Source: Chloroflexota bacterium
GTDB lineage: Bacteria; Chloroflexota; UBA11872
DNA length: 64,000 bases
Assembly (NCBI GenBank): GCA_022826485.1
Contig: JAJDUU010000025.1
Location: forward strand, 87,986 to 151,985
Direction of reading: 5' to 3'
Positions 28,442 through 38,915 of this stretch are shown here, in pieces; position 1 is the first letter of the stretch; every line of letters starts with the position of its first letter. A model generated the notes under the pieces. The model was not told the DNA's origin and made no database searches. It worked only from the letters and a program-made list of their open reading frames with translations. Both the position numbers and the translations under genes were made by a program.

Positions 28442-28518
28442 GCGTGTCGCCTCCTGCGATCAATCCCAATGCGCGACTGTAGGTCTCAAACCGTCCATTC
28501 GCGAGACGTGAGCCGGAT

Positions 28519-29433
28519 CTATGCGCCGGCCGCAATGGCCGCGAGCTCGGCCCGCTCGCTTTCGGTCATGCGCCATTCGATGGCGCGGACGTTCTCCTCG
28601 ATCTCCTCCGGGCGCTTCGTGCCGGCCAGCGTCACAGTCACGATCGGGTTGGCGATCACCCACGCCAGCGCCAGCTGTGCCATGGTGAAGCCGCGGTCGC
28701 GGGCCGCCTCCTTGAGCCGGTCCACCCGCTGCAGGTAGCTCAGAAAGTGCTCGCGCTCGAACAGCGGCAGCTCGAACACCGTGCCGCGACTGCGGAAGTC
28801 GTCCTCGCCGAAGGTCGTCTCCGGCGTCATGGTGCCCGTCAAGAGCCCGTGCGCCATGGGGCCATACGCCATCAAGCCGAGCCCGCGCTCCTGGCAGAAG
28901 GGGAAGATCTCCTCCTCCGGTCGGCGGTCGAACAGGTGATAGCCAATCTGCTCGGTGACTAGGGGAAACGTTTCCAGGCACTCGCCGAGCTGTGCGGCGC
29001 TGAAGTTGCTCACGCCGCCGTAGCGGATCTTGCCCTGCTGCTGAAACTTGGCCATGGCCTCCATCGAGTCGGCAATGGGCACGCTCGCGTCCGGCCAGTG
29101 GATCAGATAGAGGTCGAGATAGTCGGTCTGGAGTCGCTCCAGGCTGCCTTCCAGGTCAGCCGCCATTTTGTCCGGTGCGGTGCTGCCTTTGCTGACGAGG
29201 ACCACGTCGTGCCGCCGTCCCTTGAGCGCCCGTCCGACGAGCTTCTCGCCCTCGCCGAACCCATATCTGGCGGCCGTGTCGACCAGCGTGACGCCGAGGT
29301 CGATGGCTCGGTGGATGCTGCGAATGGCCTCGTCGTCGTCGAACGGACCGTACTGCCCGCGTCCGATGGGAAACCCACCGAATCCAATGACCGACGTCAC
29401 CAGATCGGACTGGCCCAGCTTGCGGTATTCCAT
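28519..29433 (-). CDS. Aldo/keto reductase
   Basis: MEYRKLGQSDL, GVTLVDTAARYG, SLERLQTDYLDLYLIHWPD, GVSNFS, AQLALAWV; GGAGG RBS before ATG 29433. Confidence 0.92.
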   Translation of the reverse strand: MEYRKLGQSDLVTSVIGFGGFPIGRGQYGPFDDDEAIRSIHRAIDLGVTLVDTAARYGFGEGEKLVGRALKGRRHDVVLVSKGSTAPDKMAADLEGSLERLQTDYLDLYLIHWPDASVPIADSMEAMAKFQQQGKIRYGGVSNFSAAQLGECLETFPLVTEQIGYHLFDRRPEEEIFPFCQERGLGLMAYGPMAHGLLTGTMTPETTFGEDDFRSRGTVFELPLFEREHFLSYLQRVDRLKEAARDRGFTMAQLALAWVIANPIVTVTLAGTKRPEEIEENVRAIEWRMTESERAELAAIAAGA

Positions 29434-29462
29434 GTTGGCGTCCCTCCGCGTGTGTGGGTGGT

Positions 29463-29588
29463 CCCCCTCACCCCTTATCAATTATGGGGCAGCCTCTAAC
29501 CCGCTCCCTCGGTGGGGAGCGGACACCCGGCCCTTCCGTCATTCCGGCGAAGAGCCTGCCCCGTACTCGATACGGGGCCGGAATCCAG
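29463..29588. repeat. Composite of two small palindromic repeats, each carrying the 24-bp module
   Basis: CCCCCTCACCCC..GCTCCC/GGGAGC type (29463-29522) and family A (29536-29588) with GCCTGCCCCGTACTCGATACGGGG insert. Confidence 0.7.
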
Positions 29589-29674
29589 TCCGAGAGAACC
29601 TGGAGATGCGCTCCCAAACGAGAGGTCGCTCTACCTAGTGCCCAGAATCGAGAGCGTCCTCGGAGGACCTCACG

Positions 29675-30880
29675 TTAGTCCTCACTTCGGGCGGACGACG
29701 GCTGCGGACGTGGGCCGGACGGTCGGGCAACCACGGCGCCCACCAGGATGGCCACGACGAATACCGGGGCCAGCAAGAGCGCCAGCGCGACGATGCCGGC
29801 GGCGTCCATCAGCGCGCCGGCCGCTAGCGGCAGCAGCAGCGCCGATGTTCCCGAGGCCGCTTGCAGCGCGGCCACGCCCCGTCCGGCATGTCGCGCCGGC
29901 ACGCGGTCGGCCAGCAAGATCACGGGGGAGGTGGCGCCAAACCCACCCATGGAGTAGCAGAAGGCCGTGAGCCCCAGAAACGCCACGTGCGCCGGCAGCA
30001 GCAGCACCAGGGTGCCGAGCAGGTTCATGCAAACGGTTGCGCTCACCACCAGCAGCCGGCCATGGCGGTCCATCAACTGGCCACCGGCAAACGTGGCCAC
30101 GGCGCGGAGTCCGGTGAGCAACGAGAGCACCAGTCCCACGGTTGCCGGATCGAGCTCGAGCGTCACTCCGCCGTAGAGGGGAAGGGCGACCGCGCGCAGC
30201 GTGGACGCGCCGCCCCAGAGCAGGGCGCCGAAGGCCAGCACGCCCGTGATCGCGCGCCACGACACCGGGCGTCCCGGCTCGGAATTGGTGTCGTCGACGG
30301 CCCTGGCCGCCGGCTCGGCGTCGCGGATCAGGGCAATGGCAATTAGCGCGCCAACCACCGCCACGGCGGCCGCCATCACCAGCGCCGAGCGCCATCCCAA
30401 CGCGACCGCCAGACCTCCGGCCGCAACCGGGCTCGCCAGCATGCCGATCTGAAATCCCGTGAGCCCGCGCGAAATCGTGCGTCCCCGGGCCGCCGGCGGC
30501 GCCAGCCGCACCAGGTGGGCGACGGCAGCGCTCTCGATGAAGGCCGCGGCCATGCCCGACCCGAACACCGCGCCGACCAGGGCCCAGTAGCCCGGCGCGG
30601 CGGCGGCGGCCAGTCCTCCCAGCGCGAACGCGAGCGACGCAATTGCCAGCAGTCGCCGCGGCCCCACGCGGTCGGTCAGGTAGCCGGCCGCCGGTGTGAC
30701 GAGCACCCGGCTGAGCGAGGGCACGGCCACGAGCATGCTGAGCGTCGCGAAGTTCACGTCGAATTCCGCCTGGATCGGCACGAGCAACGGTCCGTAGACC
30801 GACGCGCCGAAGGCCGTGGCCGCGATGATTCCGAACGTGGCGGCGACCTGAGATACCTCAGGCGGACGGGTAAGGGTCAC
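29675..30880 (-). CDS. MFS transporter
   Basis: Motif A GYLTDRVGPRR and GQLMDRHGRL; about 12 hydrophobic segments; start uncertain. Confidence 0.88.
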   Translation of the reverse strand: MTLTRPPEVSQVAATFGIIAATAFGASVYGPLLVPIQAEFDVNFATLSMLVAVPSLSRVLVTPAAGYLTDRVGPRRLLAIASLAFALGGLAAAAAPGYWALVGAVFGSGMAAAFIESAAVAHLVRLAPPAARGRTISRGLTGFQIGMLASPVAAGGLAVALGWRSALVMAAAVAVVGALIAIALIRDAEPAARAVDDTNSEPGRPVSWRAITGVLAFGALLWGGASTLRAVALPLYGGVTLELDPATVGLVLSLLTGLRAVATFAGGQLMDRHGRLLVVSATVCMNLLGTLVLLLPAHVAFLGLTAFCYSMGGFGATSPVILLADRVPARHAGRGVAALQAASGTSALLLPLAAGALMDAAGIVALALLLAPVFVVAILVGAVVARPSGPRPQPSSARSED

Positions 30881-31038
30881 GTGACGGCGCCGCGGTCGCA
30901 TTGAAGCCAGAGCACAACGGTGGTGACGGTCGTGCAGATCGACCGGCGGCGTCAACTTGGCGCCCGAGCCCACATCCGTCAGACGCCGGCTGCTACGCTC
31001 CCGCCGTCCGCCCCACGCGTGACCATAGAGGGCCGATC

Positions 31039-31938
31039 ATGCGCACCGGCAGCGGTCGAATCACGTACGAGCTGGTTCCGGGCTGGGCCAAGATCCCGCC
31101 CCACATATCCACCGGGTGGATTGGCGGCGTGGTCACCGACCGCCGCGGACGCGTCTACTGCTTCGGACGCGGCACCCATCCCATGCTGGTCTTCGACCGC
31201 GAGGGCGCGCTGGTGGACCACTGGGGCGACACGTTCGTCAGCCATGCGCACGGGGCGTTCATCGACGACGAGGAGCAGCTCTGGCTCACGGATCGCTTCG
31301 CGCAGGTCGTGTGGGTCTGCGACACGTCGGGCCGGGTGCTCCGCAAGATCGGCCTGCTGCACATCCGCTCCACCGACGACGACTACCACATGAAGGGCGA
31401 TCCGCCGGCGGGCGAGCCGCCGCGGTTCGACGGCTTCAACCACCCGACCAACACGCACCTGGCCGCCGACGGCACGGTCTTTGTCTCCGACGGCTATCGA
31501 GCCGCCAAGTGCCACCGGTTCTCGGTGGCGGGCGTCATCGAAGAGTCATGGGGCAGCCAAGGCAGCGGACCTGGTCAATTCGACCTGCCGCACGGCATCT
31601 GGGTCACGCGGGACGACCGAGTCCTCGTCGCCGACCGCGAGAACAGCCGCGTGCAGGTCTTCAATCGCGACGGCGAATTCCAGGAGGAGTGGACCGGCCT
31701 CCACCGCCCGACGGACTTGTTCGTCGATGAGAACGCTGACGCCATCTACGTCGCCCAGCTCGACGGGCGAGTCTCGGTGCTCGATCTCGACGGCACGCGC
31801 ATCACCCAACTGGGCGAACCGGGAACCGGACCAGGCCAGTTCGCCGCCCCCCACGACGTCTGGATCGACGACCAGGGCGCGCTCTACGTCTGCGAAGTCC
31901 AACGCGCCAACCGCCTGCACAAGTTCGTGCCGGTTTAG
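31039..31938 (+). CDS. NHL-repeat protein (peptidyl-alpha-hydroxyglycine amidating lyase-like)
   Basis: FNHPTN..VFVSDGY, GSGPGQFDLPHGIWV..VADRENSRVQVF, GPGQFAAPHDVW. Confidence 0.88.
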   Translation: MRTGSGRITYELVPGWAKIPPHISTGWIGGVVTDRRGRVYCFGRGTHPMLVFDREGALVDHWGDTFVSHAHGAFIDDEEQLWLTDRFAQVVWVCDTSGRVLRKIGLLHIRSTDDDYHMKGDPPAGEPPRFDGFNHPTNTHLAADGTVFVSDGYRAAKCHRFSVAGVIEESWGSQGSGPGQFDLPHGIWVTRDDRVLVADRENSRVQVFNRDGEFQEEWTGLHRPTDLFVDENADAIYVAQLDGRVSVLDLDGTRITQLGEPGTGPGQFAAPHDVWIDDQGALYVCEVQRANRLHKFVPV

Positions 31939-32054
31939 GCGTGCGCCCAGACCGGACAAAATTGAGAACCTTCACGAATAGTCTCACCCCATCGCCTTAG
32001 GACCGACCCGGCGGCAGTTCTGTAACTTGCAACTGCCCTTCCTACAAATGAGCT

Positions 32055-32708
32055 TTGAATAGTCCAATATGGGAGGAAGCTAGCGAAGTGCCTGGATGGT
32101 TTGGATATCGTGGATTGCGGGGTAAGGCGCCGCCACCGGACGAAGCATACAGCCGCGTGACCAACCCTGAGCGATTTCGCCCTCTGCATCCCGTCGTGCT
32201 GGAGATTCTGGACAAGCTGGAGAGCCAATTCGAAGTCGAGCGCACCGAAGCAAATGGACTCGACAAGAATCTGGAGCGGGGCATGGACCTGGCCCGCCCA
32301 GCTGTCAGGCTCACCCCGGGAGATCCCGAGGCCGCGCCAATCGCGGTGTCGTTCTCGACCTTTCCCGGGCTTCATGTCCGGTTTGGACGATGGTATATGG
32401 AGCCTTTTCCAGTCTGTGGCTGCGATGCCTGCGATGAGTCGGCAGAGGGCGAGATCGAAAGACTCAACGATTTGGTCGACGCCGTAACTGCTGGACGGTT
32501 TCGTGAGGCGATTCGACGTCCCTTGATTTCCGTTAGAGGATCAGGCTGGGTGGAAACGAGTTTCTGGTCCGCCGACGACACGAGGTCTTGGATCAGGTCT
32601 CAAAGCGGGTCTCGTGTTGACGGCCGGCGTGCCCGTGAGATGGCTGGCGGTCGTCGCCGTCTGGACTTGAACTGGCGACCGTGGCGGCGTAGGCGGACCG
32701 TGAGCTAG
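32055..32708 (+). CDS. DUF6226-like hypothetical protein
   Basis: PPDEAYSRVTNPERFRPLH and FPVCGCDACDE motifs; start codon uncertain. Confidence 0.65.
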   Translation: MNSPIWEEASEVPGWFGYRGLRGKAPPPDEAYSRVTNPERFRPLHPVVLEILDKLESQFEVERTEANGLDKNLERGMDLARPAVRLTPGDPEAAPIAVSFSTFPGLHVRFGRWYMEPFPVCGCDACDESAEGEIERLNDLVDAVTAGRFREAIRRPLISVRGSGWVETSFWSADDTRSWIRSQSGSRVDGRRAREMAGGRRRLDLNWRPWRRRRTVS

Positions 32709-32802
32709 CGACTGGTCGGCGGTGTCCGGGCCTCAGTGAGTGTCTTCATCGCTGGGCGAGCAAGCTCCTCCGGGTCCTTCGTCGTGAGAGAATCGGTGAT
32801 AG

Positions 32803-35800
32803 ATGCGTGTCGAATATGGGACCGAGACAAGGGAAGCCATTCCTTGGGCTGACGACAGCAGCCGTCCGCTGTCCCGTTGCCTCTCACTGGACCTTGAAGT
32901 CGATGTCAAGAGCGGTCGCATCCGCGCGCTCGCTGGAGTACGTCCCGACACCGAGCAATCCCTGACGCTTGCCATAGCGCGAAACAGCCTCGCTGGTGCA
33001 TTGGCCAAGCTGGATGACCTTGCCGCAGGCGCGCAGATTCTGCTCGGCCACAACCTCATTGAATTCGACTTGCCCCATCTACGGGCTGCGAGTCCCAATC
33101 TGCGACTGTTGCGGCTGCCGGCGGTGGACACGCTCAGGCTCAATCCCCTGGCTTTCCCGCGCAATCCCTACCATCACCTCGTCAAGCACTATCAGGACGG
33201 CCAACTCAAGCGCGGGCGCCGAAACGACCCGGAGTTGGACGCCGGATTGACGCTTGAGGTCTTCGCCAACCAGCAGAAGGAGCTGCGCGGCGCGCCGGCT
33301 GACCTGTTGACGGCCTGGCACTGGCTCGCCACGCAGGAAGACGGCGCCGGGTTCGACAGGGTGTTCGCCTCGTTGCGTCGTGCGCCAAGACCATCCGACG
33401 TAGAGGCGCGTGACGCGATTCGGGTGCGTCTGGCCGGCACCGCCTGTCAGACGCAAGCCCGCGAGGTCATGGCGAATGCAACCCGGCACGGTTGGGCGCT
33501 GGCCTATGCGCTGGCATGGATGTCAGTGTCTGGGGGCGCCTCGGTCATGCCTCCCTGGGTGCGGCATCAGTTTCCCGAAGCCGGTTTGCTGGTGCGCCGG
33601 TTACGTGACACCGCCTGCGCCGATGCCGCTTGTCGCTGGTGCCGCGAGCGGCACGACGCTCGCAAGGAGCTGACTCGCTGGTTCGGATATCGCGACTTCC
33701 GGTCTGAGCCGGCGGACGAGCATGGGCGGCCCATGCAACGGTCCATCGTCGAGGCGGCGATGGCGCGGGAGCATGTGCTGGGGATTCTGCCCACCGGGGC
33801 CGGCAAGTCGCTCTGCTACCAGATCCCGGCGCTGTCCCGCTACGACAAGACCGGCGCTCTGACGGTGGTGATTTCGCCGCTGGTCGCCCTCATGGCGGAT
33901 CAGGTGAAAGGACTCGAAAAGCGAGGCATTGGCTCCTGCGTCACCATCAATGGGCTTCTGTCCATGCCGGAGCGATCCGACGCTCTGGACCGGGTGCGGC
34001 TGGGAGACGCCAGCATCCTCATCATCGCGCCGGAGCAGCTTCGCAGCACCTCCGTGCGCCGCGTCCTCGACCAACGCGAGATCGGCTCCTGGGTGCTTGA
34101 CGAGGCCCACTGCCTCTCCAAGTGGGGCCACGACTTCCGGCCCGACTACCGCTACGTGGGGCGCTTCATACGTGAGCGAGCGGGGCAAGGGCCGGTGCCG
34201 CCGCTCCTCTGCCTGACCGCGACGGCCAAGCCCGACGTGAAGGCCGAGATCGTGGACTACTTCCAGGCAGAGCTCGGCATAAACCTGAAGGTCTTCGACG
34301 GCGGCGCGCAGCGCACCAACCTGGAGTTCGTGGTGGTGCAGACGAGTAGCGAGGCGCAGTTCTCCGACATTCATCAGGTCATAGAGGCCGATCTGCCGAT
34401 CGAGCATCCGGGCGGCGCCATCGTCTACTGCGCGACGCGACGGCAGGCCGAAGAGGTGGCGGACTTTTTGCAGGCAAAAGGGATGGACGCGAACCACTTC
34501 CATGCCGGACTGCCGCCGGAGACCAAGAAGAACGTCCAGGAGAGTTTCATCCGCGGCGATCTGCGAGCCATCGTCGCCACGAATGCCTTTGGCATGGGCA
34601 TCGACAAGCCGGACGTGCGGGTCGTGGTCCACGCCGACATCCCAGGTTCCTTGGAGAACTACCTCCAGGAGGCGGGGCGCGCCGGACGCGACCAGCAGAG
34701 GGCGCGCTGCGTGCTGCTCTACTCAGCGGATGACGTGGAGAAGCAGTTCGGCATGTCGGCCCGATCCCGGCTTACGCGACGCGAGATTCACGGCGTGCTG
34801 CGGGCGCTGCGGAATCTCGATCGGCGGAAGCGCTTTGGCGGCGAGGTGGTGGCCACGGCAGGCGAGATCCTGGGCGAGGATGACGAGCAGGTTTTCGAGC
34901 GAGACGACGCCACCGAGGACTCCCGGGTGCGCACCTCAGTGGCCTGGCTGGAGGAGGCCGTGCTGCTGACCCGGGAGGCGAATCGGGTTCAGGTATTTCC
35001 GTCCTCCCTGCGGGTGAACTCGGTGAGTGAGGCGAGAGCCAAGCTCCAAAAGGCGCGTATCACGGATGGCTACCGCCGCCAGCTGCTCACCATTGCCGAG
35101 GCGCTCATCGAGGCTGATGCGGACGAAGGCATTTCCACCGACGAGTTGATGACCACATCTGGCATGACGCCTGAGGCGGTGCGGGCCGCGCTCCACGATA
35201 TGGAGCGATGGGGCATCGCCAGCAACGACACGGTGTTGACGGCCTTCGTCCATGCAGGGGTGGAGCGTTCTTCCCGGCGACGCTTCGAGCAGGCGGCGGA
35301 ACTCGAGCGGGGCCTTATCGACCTCCTCCGGGAGACGGCGCCGGACATGCAAAAGGGCGAGGCGTTCCCACTGCATCTCCGCATCGCGACCCAGCGGCTG
35401 AAGGACGACGGCCATGCCTACGCGCTGCCGGAACTCCTGCGGCGCATCGTCCGCAGCATTGCCGCCGACGGGCGGGGCGAGGGCGGCGGTGGGGGAAGCC
35501 TGGGCGTGCGTGGGCGCGATGCCGAGACCATTCAGGTGACGTTGCAACGCGAGTGGAACGCGTTGGAGAAGACTGCCGAACTGCGGCGTGCGGCCGCGGG
35601 TCGACTGTTGGACCACCTGATCGCCTGCCTGCCGTCTGGAAGGCGAGGCACGGACTTGCTGGCCGAGACGACCCTGGGAAAGCTGCGGCAAGCGATCGAG
35701 TCCGACTTGGTCCTCAAGAGCGAGGTCAGGGACCCCACCAAGCTGATGGACCGTGCGCTCCTGTGGCTGCACGAGCAGGAAGTCATTCGGCTGAACAAGG

Positions 35801-37974
35801 GGCTGACCGTATTCCGTCCAGCCATGACCATCCGCCTGCAGCCGGGAACACGACGTTTTGCCCAGTCGGACTTCACATCCCTCCAGCTCCACTACGACGA
35901 GCAGGTGCTGCAGATCCACGTCATGGCCGAGTATGCCGAGCAGGGTCTTGGCTCCATGGCCAACGCTCTCGGTTTGGCAATGGACTATTTCAGGTATGGC
36001 AAGGAGGACTTTCTGCGCCGATGGCTGCCCGGCAGAGAGCGGGAACACTCGCGCCAGACCACGCCCGAATCCTGGCGAGCAATCGTCGAGAGCTTGAACA
36101 ACCCCATCCAGCGCCGGATCGTTGCAGACGACCGGGAGCAGACAAACGTGCTGGTGCTGGCGGGACCGGGCTCCGGCAAGACGCGGGTGCTGGTGCACCG
36201 GATCGCCTACCTGATTCGCGCCAAGCGCGAGAACCCTCGCGGCATCCTGGCCCTTGCCTACAACCGGCACGCCGCGGTCGAAATACGCCGACGCCTCGCC
36301 GACCTCATAGGCGACGATGCCAAGGGCGTGATGGTGCTCACCTGCCACGCCATGGCCATGCGGCTGGTCGGCGCAAGCTTCTCGGGGCGGGCAAATCGAC
36401 TCGACGGCGGCGAATTCCAGGAGATTCTCGAGCAGGCGGTGGCCCTGCTGCGCGGAGAGGGACTGCCGCCCGACGAAGCCGATGAGCATCGATCCCGATT
36501 GTTGGCCGGCTTCCGCTGGATTCTGGTGGATGAGTACCAGGACATCGGTCCAGACCAGTACGAGCTGATCTCCGCTCTGGCAGGCAGAACGCTCGCCGAG
36601 GAAGACGACAGGATCAGCCTCTTCGCAGTTGGCGACGACGACCAGAACATCTACGCCTTCGGCGGTGCGTCGGTGGAGTTCATCCGACGTTTCGAGGCGG
36701 ACTATCAAGTCAAGCCCGCTTATCTCACCGACAACTACCGCTCCACCGGCCACATCGTCACGGCCGCCAACACCGTGATCGAGCCCGCCCGGCAGAGGAT
36801 GAAGACCGGCCATCCAATCCATGTCAATCGTGCCCGGGAGAAGGACTCGCCAGGTGGTGTTTGGGCCGAGCTCGATCCGGTCGCCGGCGGTCGCGTGCAG
36901 ATTCTGCCGGCGGGCGACGATCCCATCGCACAGGCCCAGGTGGCGGTGGCCGAGTTGAAGCGGCTGTCGGACCTCACGCCGAGCTGGGATTGGTCCACCT
37001 GCGCGGTGGTGGCGCGTGAGTGGCGCTACCTCGACCCGGTGCGCAGCCTCTGCGAGCTCGAGGGGATTCCCGTGCAGATGGCGAACGAGGAATTCACCGG
37101 CGTCTGGCATCTGCGGGAGACCCGGGCGCTAGTGAACTGGGTGCGCGGTCAAGACTCAACATTGGTAACAAGCGCGGATTTGAACGACTGGCTGGCCGGG
37201 CAACCCTCAGGCCCATGGATCGAGCTGCTGAGTGAAGCCATGGACGAGTACGAGTTGGAAACCGGCGGCGCGGAAACGTCGGCTAGTCACTTCATCGAAT
37301 GGCTGGCCGAGTGGGCACGGGAGGTGCGTCGCCGCCAGCGTGGTCTGATGTTGTTGACCGCGCATCGCGCTAAGGGCTTGGAGTTCGACCACGTGGTCGT
37401 GCTGGACGGAGGCTGGGACCGCGTGGGACGTGACGAGGACGCCGACGCCCCGCGCCGTCTGTACTACGTGGCCATGACCCGCGCGCGGGAGACGCTTGGC
37501 CTGGCGCGATTCTCGGGGCCGCACCCGCTCCAAGACGGCTTACGGGGCAGTCCCTCGGTGCTGCTCCGCCCAGCGCCCACCGATCTCCCGTCCGCGGCCC
37601 CGGAGCTGGCGCGACGATATCGGCGGCTCAGCCTGCGCAACGTCTTTCTCAGCTTCGCGGGGTACAGACACCAGGATCATCCCGTGCATCGCGCCATTGC
37701 CTCTCTCTCGCCCGGCGACCGGCTGGAGGTGCGACAAGGCGCGAATCGCTGGGAGCTTCTTGACCGCAAGGGGAGGGTCGTGGGGCAACTCGCTCGTGGA
37801 TTCGAGTTCCCCGACGGTGTGCGCTGCACGTTTGCCACGGTCCTGGCCGTCGCCACCTGGGACCGGGAGCGCTCTGAACCGGAATATCTGGCCCGTATCA
37901 ATTGCGACGCCTGGGAAGTGGTGGTGCCGGAGCTGGTGTTCGAGCCGGACTCGCCGCGAGTGCGTACCGAATAG
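32803..37974 (+). CDS. Giant fusion: DnaQ-like 3'-5' exonuclease + RecQ (SF2) helicase + UvrD/REP (SF1) helicase + C-terminal domain
   Basis: Exo-like LDLE / GHNLIEFD / NDPELDA; RecQ LPTGAGKS, DEAHCLSKWGHDFRPDY, LTATA, ATNAFGMGIDK, QEAGRAGRD; UvrD AGPGSGKT, LVDEYQD, VGDDDQNIY, NYRS, HRAKGLEF, YVAMTRA. Confidence 0.92.
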   Translation: MRVEYGTETREAIPWADDSSRPLSRCLSLDLEVDVKSGRIRALAGVRPDTEQSLTLAIARNSLAGALAKLDDLAAGAQILLGHNLIEFDLPHLRAASPNLRLLRLPAVDTLRLNPLAFPRNPYHHLVKHYQDGQLKRGRRNDPELDAGLTLEVFANQQKELRGAPADLLTAWHWLATQEDGAGFDRVFASLRRAPRPSDVEARDAIRVRLAGTACQTQAREVMANATRHGWALAYALAWMSVSGGASVMPPWVRHQFPEAGLLVRRLRDTACADAACRWCRERHDARKELTRWFGYRDFRSEPADEHGRPMQRSIVEAAMAREHVLGILPTGAGKSLCYQIPALSRYDKTGALTVVISPLVALMADQVKGLEKRGIGSCVTINGLLSMPERSDALDRVRLGDASILIIAPEQLRSTSVRRVLDQREIGSWVLDEAHCLSKWGHDFRPDYRYVGRFIRERAGQGPVPPLLCLTATAKPDVKAEIVDYFQAELGINLKVFDGGAQRTNLEFVVVQTSSEAQFSDIHQVIEADLPIEHPGGAIVYCATRRQAEEVADFLQAKGMDANHFHAGLPPETKKNVQESFIRGDLRAIVATNAFGMGIDKPDVRVVVHADIPGSLENYLQEAGRAGRDQQRARCVLLYSADDVEKQFGMSARSRLTRREIHGVLRALRNLDRRKRFGGEVVATAGEILGEDDEQVFERDDATEDSRVRTSVAWLEEAVLLTREANRVQVFPSSLRVNSVSEARAKLQKARITDGYRRQLLTIAEALIEADADEGISTDELMTTSGMTPEAVRAALHDMERWGIASNDTVLTAFVHAGVERSSRRRFEQAAELERGLIDLLRETAPDMQKGEAFPLHLRIATQRLKDDGHAYALPELLRRIVRSIAADGRGEGGGGGSLGVRGRDAETIQVTLQREWNALEKTAELRRAAAGRLLDHLIACLPSGRRGTDLLAETTLGKLRQAIESDLVLKSEVRDPTKLMDRALLWLHEQEVIRLNKGLTVFRPAMTIRLQPGTRRFAQSDFTSLQLHYDEQVLQIHVMAEYAEQGLGSMANALGLAMDYFRYGKEDFLRRWLPGREREHSRQTTPESWRAIVESLNNPIQRRIVADDREQTNVLVLAGPGSGKTRVLVHRIAYLIRAKRENPRGILALAYNRHAAVEIRRRLADLIGDDAKGVMVLTCHAMAMRLVGASFSGRANRLDGGEFQEILEQAVALLRGEGLPPDEADEHRSRLLAGFRWILVDEYQDIGPDQYELISALAGRTLAEEDDRISLFAVGDDDQNIYAFGGASVEFIRRFEADYQVKPAYLTDNYRSTGHIVTAANTVIEPARQRMKTGHPIHVNRAREKDSPGGVWAELDPVAGGRVQILPAGDDPIAQAQVAVAELKRLSDLTPSWDWSTCAVVAREWRYLDPVRSLCELEGIPVQMANEEFTGVWHLRETRALVNWVRGQDSTLVTSADLNDWLAGQPSGPWIELLSEAMDEYELETGGAETSASHFIEWLAEWAREVRRRQRGLMLLTAHRAKGLEFDHVVVLDGGWDRVGRDEDADAPRRLYYVAMTRARETLGLARFSGPHPLQDGLRGSPSVLLRPAPTDLPSAAPELARRYRRLSLRNVFLSFAGYRHQDHPVHRAIASLSPGDRLEVRQGANRWELLDRKGRVVGQLARGFEFPDGVRCTFATVLAVATWDRERSEPEYLARINCDAWEVVVPELVFEPDSPRVRTE

Positions 37975-38013
37975 TCTGACGAGCCGTTGTCGCGTATAGA
38001 CGAAGGGAGCAGC

Positions 38014-38766
38014 GTGATATCGCTGCGAGTTGTCAATTGGAATGTCCAGTGGGCAACGCCCAACTCGCGGCGAACTACTGAAGTTCGAAGTCGCATTGAT
38101 CGACATGCACCCGAGATTGTCTGCCTAACCGAGACGCATGTCGGGCTGATGTCGCAGCGTGGCCACGTGATCTGCTCGCAGGCCGACGCCGGATACAGAG
38201 TCATTGAGAATCGGCGGAAGGTCATGCTCTGGTCGCGAGAGCCTTGGAGCGAAGTCGACGACTCGGGGCTCGATTCGCTGCCACCCGGACGATTCGTGTC
38301 CGGCATCACACAGACGTCCGTGGGTGAGGTCACTATTGTCGGGATCTGCATCCCCTGGTTCGGATCTCGGACCGAGGCTCGACGCGGGGTGGAGCGCAGG
38401 AGGCCGTGGCAGGACCACAAGCAGTATCTAGCCGGCCTTGCTGCACTGCTCGAACGGCAGGACGCGCAGCGTCTGATCGTGATGGGGGACTTCAATCAGG
38501 TCATCGGGCAGGGCAGCCGCGCACCCGCTGAGCTTCGAGTGGCGCTCCAAGACGCCTTCTCGCCGGGCATGCGAATCGCTACCGCAGACATTGCCTTCCA
38601 GGGACGCAAGAGCATCGACCACATTGCACTCAGTGCGGATTGGACCGTTGGCTCCCTCGGTGTGATCAGTAACATTCACGAGGGGAAGGAGCTATCGGAC
38701 CACTTCGGTGTCTTTGCCGATGTGTGTCCGGCAGATGCGGTAGCGCGGGCCTGTTCCGGCGAGTAG
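38014..38766 (+). CDS. Endonuclease/exonuclease/phosphatase (EEP) family protein
   Basis: VVNWNV, CLTET, IVMGDFNQ, IDHI, LSDH; GGGAG RBS before GTG 38014. Confidence 0.88.
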   Translation: MISLRVVNWNVQWATPNSRRTTEVRSRIDRHAPEIVCLTETHVGLMSQRGHVICSQADAGYRVIENRRKVMLWSREPWSEVDDSGLDSLPPGRFVSGITQTSVGEVTIVGICIPWFGSRTEARRGVERRRPWQDHKQYLAGLAALLERQDAQRLIVMGDFNQVIGQGSRAPAELRVALQDAFSPGMRIATADIAFQGRKSIDHIALSADWTVGSLGVISNIHEGKELSDHFGVFADVCPADAVARACSGE

Positions 38767-38915
38767 CCAACCGTAGAGACCTCCGCGCTTGATTCGGCCT
38801 AGCTCGTCTATCGCCGGCCATTGGCGGCTGACCTCGCACACGGCCGCGCGGTGTTCGCGAGGGTGGCGTTTGCTAGCCTCGCTATGACATTGGTGCCGAT
38901 CCGGGAGACTGCGCG

